This document shows positions 29,717-39,723 of a stretch of 64,000 bases of DNA, piece after piece (position 1 is the first letter of the stretch; the number at the start of each line of letters is the position of its first letter). The notes under the pieces were generated by a model. It did no database searches. It was not told where the DNA came from and saw only the letters and a program-made list of their open reading frames with translations. Source of the stretch: Smithellaceae bacterium (GTDB lineage: Bacteria; Desulfobacterota; Syntrophia; Syntrophales; Smithellaceae); contig CAXXVL010000001.1 in assembly GCA_963667845.2 (NCBI GenBank), positions 736,001-800,000 of the forward strand, in the 5' to 3' direction. A program made the translations under genes and the position numbers.

Positions 29717-30484
29717 TTGGAAATTAAGAATTGCTCAGTCCTAATAACTGGCGGAGCTTCCGGACTCGGGGCTGCGACAGCCAGACAAATCGTTAAGGCC
29801 GGAGGACATGTTGCCATTTTCGATGTGCAACAGGACAAAGGCGCCGCTCTGGCTGCCGAACTGGGAGATAAAGTAATTTTTTGTTTAACAGATGTTACCA
29901 GTGAAGAAAGTGTCAATAACAGTATTGCCAAAGCTAAAGATCAATTCGGCGCCATTCACGGCTGTGTCAATGCCGCCGGTTGCGGCTGGACGGAGCGAAC
30001 CGTATCAAAAAAAGGCGCTCATTCCTTCCCGGTCTTTGAACAAATCATCCGTCTTAACCTTCTGGGCACCTTCAATGTTGCGAGCAAGGCGGCGCAGGCT
30101 ATGAGCGAAAATGCGCCGAATGAAGCAGGCGAACGGGGTGTGATCGTTAATGTGGCAAGTGTCGCCGCCTTTGACGGTCAGATAGGACAGGTGGCCTACG
30201 CGGCTTCGAAAGGCGCGGTGGTCAGCATGGCCCTGCCGATGGCCCGAGACCTGGCTGTTATGGGGATTCGCGTCGTGACAGTCGCTCCGGGAATGTTCCA
30301 AACACCACTACTTGCGATGCTGCCACCGGATGCGCTGAACGCATTAAATGCCTCTGTCCCTTTTCCCCGGCGAATCGGCAAACCGGAAGAATTCGCCATG
30401 CTGGCGGAACACATCATTCAGAATCCCTATTTGAATGGCGAGGTCATCAGGCTGGACGGCGCCTTGAGAATGGCTCCGAAATAG
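29717..30484 (+). CDS. 3-hydroxyacyl-CoA dehydrogenase type 2 (HSD10-like SDR)
   Basis: [53 protein letters not shown] start behind AAGGAG. Confidence 0.9.
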   Translation: MEIKNCSVLITGGASGLGAATARQIVKAGGHVAIFDVQQDKGAALAAELGDKVIFCLTDVTSEESVNNSIAKAKDQFGAIHGCVNAAGCGWTERTVSKKGAHSFPVFEQIIRLNLLGTFNVASKAAQAMSENAPNEAGERGVIVNVASVAAFDGQIGQVAYAASKGAVVSMALPMARDLAVMGIRVVTVAPGMFQTPLLAMLPPDALNALNASVPFPRRIGKPEEFAMLAEHIIQNPYLNGEVIRLDGALRMAPK

Positions 30485-30652
30485 TGATGAAAAAATTCCT
30501 CTGGGGAGGATTAAACCAGAAGGATTTTGCTGCGGTCAGTCACTAAGCAATCGGGAGCTACGTTCCGTTAAGCGAAGCCTGCGCATCTTTTTTTTGGCAA
30601 ACAAGTTGAATTCACAAGTGACAACAAAAACGGTTACACGAGGAGGATACGG

Positions 30653-31942
30653 ATGATTACAAAAAGCGGCGCAAAGAAATTTGACATAAGCAGGTTATCG
30701 GCCTGGTATATTGTCATCATATGTTCACTGCTTTACACAGTCAATTATATGGATCGCCAGGTGCTATCCATCACTACTGAATTTATAAAAAAAGATCTCG
30801 GTTTGTCCGATTCACAGATCGGCATCATCCAGACGCTTTTTTTTCTGAGCATGGCGTTTTTCGCTTTTCCTGCGGCTTATCTGGTGGACCGCTGGAGCAG
30901 AAAAAAGACCGTCTCCGTAATGGCCCTGGTCTGGAGCGGCTTTACTTTTATGACAGGGATGGGGAAAAGCTTTCTGGGTATTTTAATACCGCGCTTCCTG
31001 GTTGGCGTTGGAGAAGCAGGTTTTACTTCGGGGGGAACGCCGCTCATTGGAGCTTCCTTTCCCGATAAAGGCCGAAGTCTGGTGATGGGCATTTTTAACA
31101 TGGCGGTCCCGCTGGGATCGGCCCTTGGGCTTATTGTGGGCGGCGCAATCTCGGTGAAATACGGATGGAGGATGGCCTTCTATATCTTTGCTGTTCCCGG
31201 TATCATACTGGCCTTGCTGGCTCTCTATATGAAAGACTACAAGACCGTGAGGAACATTGACGAGTTCGGTCAAAAAATAAGCTTTTTCCGATCGGCTGTT
31301 TCTCTGTTTTCGATACCTACTTTAAAATGGCTGTACATTGGATTTGGTTTGCAAAATTTCATGTGTTTCGCATTTCTTGTCTGGGCTGCGCCGCTGGTCA
31401 TGCGGACAAACGGCGTGGATGCACAAAAGGCCGGAATGCTCGTCGGTATTATCGGACTCATGGCGATTTTCGGCGCCATATTCGGCGGCTTGGCGGCGGA
31501 TCTGTGGCAAAAGAAAAATCCAAGAGGGCGTATGCTCACGGCGGCAACATCGCTCTTGATCGCAACGGTGCTGTTTTTTTTCATGATCTATTATGACGTG
31601 CGCGGGCTGGGTTATGTCATCGGCATCCTCTACGGCATTTTTTCGATTTTCCCCGTACCGTCCATCAGCGCGGCGACTCAGGATATTACACCGCCCAGTT
31701 TAAAAGGCGTTTCGTGGGGTATGGCCGTCTTTTGCTGTTATGTTTTTGGCGGCGCCTGGTCGCCGATACTTGTAGGAGCCATATCTGACGGCCTCGGAAG
31801 CGGTGCTTTCGGAATTAAAATAGGATTACTGGTAACAACGCTGGGAGGACTCGCCGGCGCTTTTTTCTACTGGCTCAGCGCCCGACATTATTCGGCCGAC
31901 ATGGAAAAAGCCCAAAAACACATCCTCGAAGAAGCGGACTAG
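30653..31942 (+). CDS. MFS transporter (spinster-like)
   Basis: NYMDRQ, LVDRWSRK, RFLVGVGEA; about 12 TM segments. Confidence 0.9.
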   Translation: MITKSGAKKFDISRLSAWYIVIICSLLYTVNYMDRQVLSITTEFIKKDLGLSDSQIGIIQTLFFLSMAFFAFPAAYLVDRWSRKKTVSVMALVWSGFTFMTGMGKSFLGILIPRFLVGVGEAGFTSGGTPLIGASFPDKGRSLVMGIFNMAVPLGSALGLIVGGAISVKYGWRMAFYIFAVPGIILALLALYMKDYKTVRNIDEFGQKISFFRSAVSLFSIPTLKWLYIGFGLQNFMCFAFLVWAAPLVMRTNGVDAQKAGMLVGIIGLMAIFGAIFGGLAADLWQKKNPRGRMLTAATSLLIATVLFFFMIYYDVRGLGYVIGILYGIFSIFPVPSISAATQDITPPSLKGVSWGMAVFCCYVFGGAWSPILVGAISDGLGSGAFGIKIGLLVTTLGGLAGAFFYWLSARHYSADMEKAQKHILEEAD

Positions 31943-32087
31943 CGCAAGCTTGCACAGGACATCCTCCTGTCATAACCTTTCAGGTCACTCGTTTTGTCCG
32001 CAGGGAGGAATTGTTATCGATTCAGATTGGCCAGGACTTCTCCCTGCGGTTGATAACAACGATGTGTCGAAGTTACCAAAGGCATAA

Positions 32088-32120
32088 GATTTCGAACCTG
32101 CTGTCGGCAGGTTCGAAATC
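32088..32120. terminator. Perfect 14-bp hairpin between convergent genes
   Basis: GATTTCGAACCTGC-tgtcg-GCAGGTTCGAAATC. Confidence 0.65.
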
Positions 32121-32142
32121 CTAACATCCGGCGAAAATAGAA

Positions 32143-33462
32143 TCAGCGCTTCTTACGGAAGATCAGTTTGATCGGGACTTTGTCAAAGCCGAATGTTTCG
32201 CGGATTTGATTCATCAGGTAGCGCTCATACGAAAAATGAACGCCTTTGGCTTGGGGGACAAAGAAAATAAAAGTGGGCGGCTTGATGCCGGTTTGCGTGG
32301 CGTAAGAGATGCCCATGGAGCGGTTCTGGAAGCGCGCCATCGGGTTTCGCCTCACGGACTTTTCGACCAGATCGTTTAAGGGCGAGGTGTCCACTCTTTT
32401 TGTGTACTGACCATAGACTTCATTGATGAGATCAAATATTTTCGGCGCGCGTTGTCCGGTCAGCGCCGAAATAAAAATGATCGGAGCGTAATCCATAAAT
32501 TTGATGTTATACTTGATATCCTCAACAAACTTGCCGACGGTCTTGTTATCCTTTTCAATTTTATCCCATTTGTTGACGACAATGATGCAGGCCTTGCCGC
32601 GCTCGTAGGCGAGGCCGACGATTTTGGCGTCCTGCTCGGTGATGCCTTCTTCCGCGTCAATGAGCACCAGCGCGATATCGCAGCGGTTGATCGTTTTCAG
32701 CGCCTGAATGACGCTGTATTTCTCGAGCGTAAGGCTGATTTTGTTCTTCCGGCGGATGCCCGCCGTGTCAATGAGCAGATATTGTCTGCCGTGCACCTTG
32801 ATGGTTGTGTCGACGGCATCGCGGGTCGTGCCGGGTGTGGGGTTGGCGATACTTCGCTCTTTACCGGAAATCAGATTGATGAGTGAGGATTTGCCGACGT
32901 TCGGCTTGCCGACAATGGCCACGGCAATAGGCTCATCCGCATCGTCTTTACTTTCAACCGCCTGCGGAAAATCCTTCGTCAGTATGGCCAGAAGTTCATC
33001 CACGCCCAGTCCATGCTGAGCGGAGATCGGGTAAACCTCGTCAATGCCCAGCCGGTAGAATTCGCTGAGGAGTTCTTCGTGGCGCTCGCCGTCCACTTTA
33101 TTGGCGGCATAAAACACATTCTTGCCACGGCCTCGGAGCTGCCGCGCGATTTCAATGTCCGTCGGGGTGAGACCGTCGCGGCCGTCCATCAGAAAAATGA
33201 TGACGTCCGCTTCTTCGATGGCCAGGTTCGTCTGCTCGCGCATCTGGATCAAAATCCGCTCTTCCGTGACGGGTTCGAATCCGCCGGTGTCAATCAGCGT
33301 GAAGGCTTTATCGTGCCATACGCAATCCATGTAATTGCGGTCGCGAGTTGCCCCCGGTTCATCGATGACGATAGCCTTCTGCTTTCCCGCGATGCGGTTG
33401 AAGAGTGTTGATTTGCCTACGTTGGGCCGGCCGACGATGGCGATAACGGGTTTTGCCTGCAT
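32143..33462 (-). CDS. der: Ribosome biogenesis GTPase Der/EngA
   Basis: Tandem G domains GRPNVGKS/DTGG/NKVD and GKPNVGKS/DTAG/NKWD; PPTF C-terminal domain. Confidence 0.97.
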   Translation of the reverse strand: MQAKPVIAIVGRPNVGKSTLFNRIAGKQKAIVIDEPGATRDRNYMDCVWHDKAFTLIDTGGFEPVTEERILIQMREQTNLAIEEADVIIFLMDGRDGLTPTDIEIARQLRGRGKNVFYAANKVDGERHEELLSEFYRLGIDEVYPISAQHGLGVDELLAILTKDFPQAVESKDDADEPIAVAIVGKPNVGKSSLINLISGKERSIANPTPGTTRDAVDTTIKVHGRQYLLIDTAGIRRKNKISLTLEKYSVIQALKTINRCDIALVLIDAEEGITEQDAKIVGLAYERGKACIIVVNKWDKIEKDNKTVGKFVEDIKYNIKFMDYAPIIFISALTGQRAPKIFDLINEVYGQYTKRVDTSPLNDLVEKSVRRNPMARFQNRSMGISYATQTGIKPPTFIFFVPQAKGVHFSYERYLMNQIRETFGFDKVPIKLIFRKKR

Positions 33463-33470
33463 GAATACCT

Positions 33471-34358
33471 CTATTTAATGAGTCCGAACTCGCGCAGCAT
33501 CCTGTCGGAGTTGGTCCAGTCTTTTTTGACGCGCACAAACAATTCCAGAAAGACCTTTGCGCCGAAAAGTTTTTCCATGGACAATCTCGCCTGGGTCCCG
33601 ATTCTTTTGAGCATCGCGCCTTTTTTGCCGATCATGATCGCTTTTTGCGATTCTTTTTCGACGTGGATGGTGGCGCTGATGCGAATGAGGTTCTTTGCCT
33701 CGTCTTCTTTAAACGCATCTATGGTCACGGCCGTTACATAGGGGATTTCCTGAGAAGTCAGCAGTGTAATCTGCTCACGGATGAATTCCCCCGCGATAAA
33801 GCGCTCGGTAGCGTCCGTCGCGATGTCGTCGGGGAAGAGTTGCGGGCCTTCCGGCAGCGCCCCGATGAGCGAAGCCAGCAGTTCATCGAGTCCATCGCCT
33901 TTTAATGCCGAGATCGGAAAAATGCCGGCAAAGTCATAAAGCTTGCTGTACTGATCAATCAACGGCAGCAGCAGAGGCTTTTCAATCCGGTCAATTTTAT
34001 TGATAACCAAAAACACCGGAGCCCTGACTCCCGCGAGCGCTTCAATCAAAAAGAGATCATGCTGTCCGATATGGGCGTCGGCCTCAACCATCAGAAGGAG
34101 CACATCGGCGTCGCCAATCGTATCCCGGGCCGCCTGCACCATCGCCCGGTTGAGCGGCGTTTTCGGTTTGTGCATTCCCGGCGTGTCGAGAAAGATCAAT
34201 TGGGCATCCGGGGAGTTCTTGATTCCCGTGATGCGGTTTCTCGTCGTTTGCGGTTTGTTGGCGACGATGGAAATCTTGTCGCCGATAATCGCGTTAAAAA
34301 AAGTTGATTTGCCGACATTCGGGCGGCCCAGAATGGCTATGAAACCGGATTTAAACAC
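33471..34358 (-). CDS. era: GTPase Era
   Basis: FKSGFIAILGRPNVGKST, PQTTRNRI, DTPG, QEIPY, KH domain; GTG start 34358 behind GGAG. Confidence 0.95.
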   Translation of the reverse strand: MFKSGFIAILGRPNVGKSTFFNAIIGDKISIVANKPQTTRNRITGIKNSPDAQLIFLDTPGMHKPKTPLNRAMVQAARDTIGDADVLLLMVEADAHIGQHDLFLIEALAGVRAPVFLVINKIDRIEKPLLLPLIDQYSKLYDFAGIFPISALKGDGLDELLASLIGALPEGPQLFPDDIATDATERFIAGEFIREQITLLTSQEIPYVTAVTIDAFKEDEAKNLIRISATIHVEKESQKAIMIGKKGAMLKRIGTQARLSMEKLFGAKVFLELFVRVKKDWTNSDRMLREFGLIK

Positions 34359-34384
34359 AGTGTTTCTCCAACAATTTAAATGAT

Positions 34385-35467
34385 TTAGATGATACCCGGG
34401 ATGTCCAGGAAGAAGGACTCCCCCGTTTCGGTCATAAGCGACAGTCGCCCCGGATCGCCTTCGTGAGCGGAGTCTATAACGATTTGCGCATTCGGGTAAA
34501 GCTTTTTTATGGCGTCGATGTTCCGATTCCCCTGGCCGCGGAAGTTGGACACAGCCCGGGCAGCGGCGCAGAAGTGCAGCCTGCGCGCTTGTTTCGGAAT
34601 GACGCGCAGCAAGCGTAAAGCGGCCGAATAGAAAATAGCCGAATAGACAAGACTGCCGAAAGCCGGATGCAGGGGGCCCGCCAGGACGGCGCCTTCCTTG
34701 CACATTTCCGGTGTCACATGCAGACCGAAGCGGATGATGCGGATGCCTGCAGGCGTCAGCGCCTCCCAGGCCAGGCGGCACCACTCGACCGCTTCATCAA
34801 GATCCAGCGGCCGATAATGTCCTTTTTTGAATTCTGCCGCGAGCGGCGTGTCTTTAAAAGCGAGGACGGGATGGATGCGCGCCGTATCCGGCCGCAGTTC
34901 GCTGACGCGGGCAAGGGTTTTAAGAAAACTTTCCTGTGTGTCATGCGGCAAACCGGCCATCAGATGCAGCCCCGTCCGAAATCCGTGTGCTTTCAGCAAT
35001 TGCATGGCCCGAACGGTGGCCCGGGCATCATGGCCTCTTCCGGCGAGACGAAGAACTTCATCATTCATGGATTGAGCGCCGATCTCAATGGTCCGGACGC
35101 CGTAAGCCTGCAAAAGATTCAATTGGTCATCGCTGATATAATCCGGCCGCGTGGAAATCCGGATCGATCCGACCAGGCCTTTCTTGATATAAACCTGAGC
35201 CCAGGATAAGAGACGTTCTTGATAGTCAGGAGCAAGGCCGGTAAAGCTGCCCCCGTAGAAAGCGATTTCCACCTTCCGCAGCTTGTCTTTGTTCCAGCGC
35301 AGGTAGGAGTCCACTTCGGCTGCAAAAAAGCTTTTGCTGACTTCCGGAGCGAAGTCTCCCGCGGCGATCTTTTCGTTGCAGAAGATGCACTGCTCGGGAC
35401 ATCCGCCATTCATGATGAAAATCGGAATAATCAGCGGCTTTTCCTGCAGATGACTATCAGACCCCAT
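34385..35467 (-). CDS. Radical SAM protein, Elp3-related
   Basis: GCPEQCIFCN, AFYGGSFT, IRISTRPD, IEIGAQS, AGPLHPAFG; overlaps the rnc 3' end. Confidence 0.85.
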   Translation of the reverse strand: MGSDSHLQEKPLIIPIFIMNGGCPEQCIFCNEKIAAGDFAPEVSKSFFAAEVDSYLRWNKDKLRKVEIAFYGGSFTGLAPDYQERLLSWAQVYIKKGLVGSIRISTRPDYISDDQLNLLQAYGVRTIEIGAQSMNDEVLRLAGRGHDARATVRAMQLLKAHGFRTGLHLMAGLPHDTQESFLKTLARVSELRPDTARIHPVLAFKDTPLAAEFKKGHYRPLDLDEAVEWCRLAWEALTPAGIRIIRFGLHVTPEMCKEGAVLAGPLHPAFGSLVYSAIFYSAALRLLRVIPKQARRLHFCAAARAVSNFRGQGNRNIDAIKKLYPNAQIVIDSAHEGDPGRLSLMTETGESFFLDIPGII

Positions 35468-36173
35468 TTTCACGATGCAGACTTTCCCAGGCTTTTTGCG
35501 CAGCCTGCTTTTGAGCGTCTTTTTTGCTCTTCCCCCGGCCGACGTGGCGGATCGCTTCACCGGTGGTCACTTCGACTTCAAAGGTCTTGTCGTGATCCGG
35601 TCCGCTCGCCGTCAAGACCGTATAGAGCGGTGCGGATTTGTATTTCTTCTGACACAATTCCTGCAGGGCTGTTTTATAATCAAAACATTGCGCATTCAGG
35701 GCTTCATTACTCATCAGGGGCTTCATAAGCTTTTTGAGAACAGCCCTTGTTTTGCTGAATCCGGAATCAAGATAAATTGCAGCAATGACGGCTTCGAGGG
35801 CGTTGGCCAGCAGCGATTCTTTTGTGCGTCCGCCGGAGTTCTCTTCTCCGCGTCCCAGAAGCAGGCATTCACCCAGACCCAGTTTTGCCGCCAGATCTGC
35901 CAGCGGCTTTTCATTGACCAGCAATGAACGGATTTTGGACAGGGTGCCCTCGTCAAAGTCATGGTGCCGCTTCATGAGCAGGTCACTGATGCAAAGCCCC
36001 AGCACTGCGTCGCCCAAAAATTCGAGCCGTTCGTTGTCGCTGATCCCCATCAGAGGATTTTCGTTGACGTAGGAGCGGTGCGTCAGAGCGTTCGACAACA
36101 GATCCACATTCCGGAACGTATAGGCCAGCTCTTCCTGTAGAGCCGTCAATTGCCTCAATCGATCGTTATCCAT
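35457..36173 (-). CDS. rnc: Ribonuclease III
   Basis: NERLEFLGDAVL signature; dsRBD DYKTALQE...GPDH...SKKDA. Confidence 0.97.
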   Translation of the reverse strand: MDNDRLRQLTALQEELAYTFRNVDLLSNALTHRSYVNENPLMGISDNERLEFLGDAVLGLCISDLLMKRHHDFDEGTLSKIRSLLVNEKPLADLAAKLGLGECLLLGRGEENSGGRTKESLLANALEAVIAAIYLDSGFSKTRAVLKKLMKPLMSNEALNAQCFDYKTALQELCQKKYKSAPLYTVLTASGPDHDKTFEVEVTTGEAIRHVGRGKSKKDAQKQAAQKAWESLHRENGV

Positions 36174-37494
36174 GAATAGCCCTGCCTGTCAGTTTACCGT
36201 CCTCATAATTTTCCGCGACGGCTGTAACGATGGTATTTACTAGAGAAGCCGGGTGTTTGTCCAGCAGAACCGGAAGATAATTGTGAGAAAAACCCTTGCT
36301 GAGCCCCGTTTTTTTATCCCGGGTATGCTCCACCAAAACCTGCAGCGTTTTGCCCAGGAAGCGCATCGAGAAGGCTTCTCTCTTTTTCGCGCCGAGGTCC
36401 CTGAGAACGGCAGCCCGCTCCTTCTTGATCTTTTCGGGAACCTTGGGCTCGATAGCCAGCGCCGCCGTTCCCGGGCGTTCGGAATACGGGAAGACGTGCA
36501 GATAAGCCACAGGGAGGTCTTCCAGCAGTTTTACGGTCCGGCCGAATTCTTTTTCGCCTTCGCCGGGGAAGCCGACCATTACATCGATTCCGATGGCCAT
36601 GTCCTTCTGGGCGAGCAGAGCTTTTTCCACGAGCGCCTGATAGGACGCCGCGTCATAGCGGCGCTTCATCGCTTTCAGGATGGAATCAGCCCCACTTTGC
36701 AGCGGGATATGCAGGTGCGGGCACAGATTGCCGTGGCGGCCGAATAAATGCAGAAACGCATCCGATATTTCATTGGGCTCAATAGAACTCAGCCTGAATC
36801 TTACGTCTGGATTTTGAGAAAGTATCGCCTCGATTGTCCCCGTCAGGTCCGCAGGCGGCTTCAGGTCCTGTCCATAATATCCCAGGTGAATGCCTGTGAG
36901 GACGATCTCCCGATAGCCCTGCCCGATGAAGTCCTGGATGTTTTTAAGAACTTGGCGAACAGGCATGCTGCGGCTTTTTCCGCGGGCGAAGGGGACGATG
37001 CAGTAACTGCAAAAAACATCGCAGCCGTCCTGAATTTTGAAGAAGGCCCGCGTGCGCCCCGTCAGTTTCGGGGCGGTGACGGAAGGAAATTGTTTTTGCG
37101 CAAAGACGTCGCCGGCAAAAATTCGCTGCCTGTCGGGGATCGACTGGGTGAGCAATTCCACAATCCGGTGCTTCTGGTCATTCCCCACAATAAAACTGAC
37201 TTGCTCGACGGCGGAGAGTTCCTGAGCCTGCGTTTGCGCGTAGCACCCGGTAACAACGATGCGGGCTTCGGGGTTGGCGCGTCTGGCTCTCCGGATGAGC
37301 TGGCGCGCCTGGAAATCGGCAAAGGCCGTGACCGTGCAGGTATTGATGATGTAAACGTCGGCGAAACCGTTAAAGGGCACCAGGATAAAATCAGCCGACT
37401 GCAGGTCGCGGGCCAGAGCGGCCGTATCGCATTGATTGACTTTGCAGCCCAGCGTCGCCAAGCCTACTTTCGTGTTAAATGTTTTGAGGCTCAA
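36166..37494 (-). CDS. mtaB: tRNA t6A37 methylthiotransferase
   Basis: TLGCKVNQ, NTCTVT, VTGCYAQ, KIQDGCDVFCSYC, HVFPYSERPGT. Confidence 0.9.
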   Translation of the reverse strand: MSLKTFNTKVGLATLGCKVNQCDTAALARDLQSADFILVPFNGFADVYIINTCTVTAFADFQARQLIRRARRANPEARIVVTGCYAQTQAQELSAVEQVSFIVGNDQKHRIVELLTQSIPDRQRIFAGDVFAQKQFPSVTAPKLTGRTRAFFKIQDGCDVFCSYCIVPFARGKSRSMPVRQVLKNIQDFIGQGYREIVLTGIHLGYYGQDLKPPADLTGTIEAILSQNPDVRFRLSSIEPNEISDAFLHLFGRHGNLCPHLHIPLQSGADSILKAMKRRYDAASYQALVEKALLAQKDMAIGIDVMVGFPGEGEKEFGRTVKLLEDLPVAYLHVFPYSERPGTAALAIEPKVPEKIKKERAAVLRDLGAKKREAFSMRFLGKTLQVLVEHTRDKKTGLSKGFSHNYLPVLLDKHPASLVNTIVTAVAENYEDGKLTGRAIHG

Positions 37495-37634
37495 AGATTC
37501 TTTCTTCCTTTTTGCACTTTCATTTTTCGATCTATTTATGAGTCAACCCACCCTTTGTCAAGACAAACAAAGGATAGATTTTATATTAAAAATAAGTTAA
37601 ATCTGGACATACAAAAATATCGGAGGGATTTAAT

Positions 37635-37985
37635 ATGGACTCTGTTTCATCTTATTTTTCGGCAAATCCGGCTGCTTTTACTCTGATTGTTATTTTTGCA
37701 GTTGTCCTGATGTTATTTTTTATTTTTAAGAAGCTTCTGAAACTCACCATTGTCTTTTTGTTTATCGTCTTGCTGGCCGTCGGCGTTTATCTTTTTAAAG
37801 ATCCCTCATCCATGCCCGACAAGATCAAGCAATCGGTTGAGGACTTTAAATCCGGTGGTGAACAGATTGGGGATAAGTTCACGAGCCTGTTTGAGGATAC
37901 CAAAACGCTGGCCGGCAAAGCAAAAGAAGTCCCCAAGGACCTCAACAAGATGCTGGATACGGCCAAGGATACCGTCGGGAAGTAA
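37635..37985 (+). CDS. Hypothetical membrane protein
   Basis: GGAGG RBS; two hydrophobic segments and a charged helical tail. Confidence 0.7.
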   Translation: MDSVSSYFSANPAAFTLIVIFAVVLMLFFIFKKLLKLTIVFLFIVLLAVGVYLFKDPSSMPDKIKQSVEDFKSGGEQIGDKFTSLFEDTKTLAGKAKEVPKDLNKMLDTAKDTVGK

Positions 37986-37990
37986 TTTTT

Positions 37991-39511
37991 CTACGTAATA
38001 AAAAGATCATTGGTCGAAAAATTCGGGTCGGTGGTCAGATTTACCCCCAGGCGTCGCAATCCTGCTTCATCGCCGGGCGTGGGCATATGGGTCATGTGAA
38101 CTTCACAGTTTTGCAGTTCCTTCAATTTTTCCATGGCCAGTTCCGCTGCCGGATTGGTGGTGGCGCTGATGCTGAGCGCAATCAGCGCTTCCTCCAGGTC
38201 CAGACTGACATTTTTTTCTTCGAGAATTTCCGTTTTGAGTTTGGCGATCGAACCGGTGATGTTTGCCGGCAGCAGTTTAATTTTATCGGGAACGCCCGCC
38301 AGATGCTTGATGGCGTGGATAACCACACTGGACGCCGCGTGCATGAGCGGAGAGTTACTGCCTGGGATAATCGAGCCGTCCGCCAGTTCGATTGCTGCAC
38401 CGCAGAAAATACCTTCATTTCCGCGATTGCGTTCCCGCGCATCCTCGGCCGCCTGGCGCGCCGGAATCACCACTCGCCGGTCCTCCGGTTTGAGGTCAAA
38501 GTCGTTCAGAAATAATTCCACACGCTGAACTGTTTCTTTATCGGCAAATCCCATGGCATATTCGCAGCGGTAGCGGAAATAGCGGCGAATGATTTCCTGC
38601 CGGGATGCCTCTTTGGTGATATCGTCATTTGTAACGGCAAACCCTGCGCGGTTGACGCCCATGTCGGTCGGCGACCTGTAAAAGGACGCTTCGCCGGTGA
38701 TTTTCTCCAGAATCCGCCTGAGGACCGGAAAGACTTCCACGTCGCGGTTGTAATTGACCCAGGCTTCGCCATAGGCGTCCAAATGAAATGGATCGATCTG
38801 GTTGAAATCGCGAATATCGGCGGTTGCCGCCTCATAGGCCACGTTGACGGCATGCTTGAGCGGAAGATTCCAGATCGGGAATGTTTCAAATTTGGCGTAA
38901 CCGGATTTGATGCCTCTTCTGTAATCGTGATAGAGTTGGGACAGACAGGTCGCAAGCTTTCCGCTGCCGGGTCCCGGACCCGTGACGATCACCAGAGGCT
39001 TATCGGTCGGGATGTAATCATTCACACCGTAGCCTTCATCGCTGACAATCAAATCGACATTGGTCGGATACCCTTTCGTGAAGCGGTGTGTAAAGACCCG
39101 GATGCCTCTGCGCTCCAGCTTGTTTTTAAACAAGACAGCGGACGGCTGATTATCAAAACGGGTAATAACGACGCCCATGACGTTGATATTCCAGCCGCGC
39201 AGGTCATCAATCAGTTTCATGGCATCGGTATCATAGGTGATGCCGAAATCCGCCCGGATCTTTTTTCGCTCGATATCACCGGCGTAAATGCAAAGTAAAA
39301 TATCCGCCCGGTCTTTCAGTTCTTTGATGAGCCGCATCTTGACGTTGGGGTCATAGCCGGGCAGGACACGGGCGGCGTGGTAGTCATAGAGCAGCTTGCC
39401 GCCGAATTCCAGATACAGTTTGTTGTTGAACCGTTCGACGCGCTTTAAGATGGATTCCGTCTGTTGCGTGATATATTTTTCATTATCGAATCCGGTTTTG
39501 ACTATACTCAT
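37991..39511 (-). CDS. DUF1846 (UPF0371) family protein
   Basis: KLYLEFGGKL..D.HAARVLPG, GPGSGKLATCLSQLYH, GYAKFETFPIWN, SPTDMGVN. Confidence 0.85.
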   Translation of the reverse strand: MSIVKTGFDNEKYITQQTESILKRVERFNNKLYLEFGGKLLYDYHAARVLPGYDPNVKMRLIKELKDRADILLCIYAGDIERKKIRADFGITYDTDAMKLIDDLRGWNINVMGVVITRFDNQPSAVLFKNKLERRGIRVFTHRFTKGYPTNVDLIVSDEGYGVNDYIPTDKPLVIVTGPGPGSGKLATCLSQLYHDYRRGIKSGYAKFETFPIWNLPLKHAVNVAYEAATADIRDFNQIDPFHLDAYGEAWVNYNRDVEVFPVLRRILEKITGEASFYRSPTDMGVNRAGFAVTNDDITKEASRQEIIRRYFRYRCEYAMGFADKETVQRVELFLNDFDLKPEDRRVVIPARQAAEDARERNRGNEGIFCGAAIELADGSIIPGSNSPLMHAASSVVIHAIKHLAGVPDKIKLLPANITGSIAKLKTEILEEKNVSLDLEEALIALSISATTNPAAELAMEKLKELQNCEVHMTHMPTPGDEAGLRRLGVNLTTDPNFSTNDLFIT

Positions 39512-39723
39512 GAGAAATGCATGCCTCCCTGTCCTTATATGAACTGTGCTCCCTGTAGGATAAATCGGTGGTGCAGCTAACAAAAATGTAATTTTTTTAT
39601 TACAATTTTGTTACATATATCAACCGGACGAATTTATCCAAAAAAAAAGTGACACCGTGATCAAAAAAATGATTTGGAGATCGGTTGGGGGAGGTGACGG
39701 GATACCTGCAAAGAGGTATCGGA

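Noticed and set aside
33271..33283. GGTTCGAATCC tRNA T-arm-like motif
   Set aside because: Lies inside der coding sequence and no cloverleaf surrounds it
33471..34784. N-terminally extended Era (likewise extended ORFs 14031..15209, 27261..28697, 3115..3750)
   Set aside because: Extensions overlap upstream genes, and better-supported internal starts (RBS or stop-start overlap) exist
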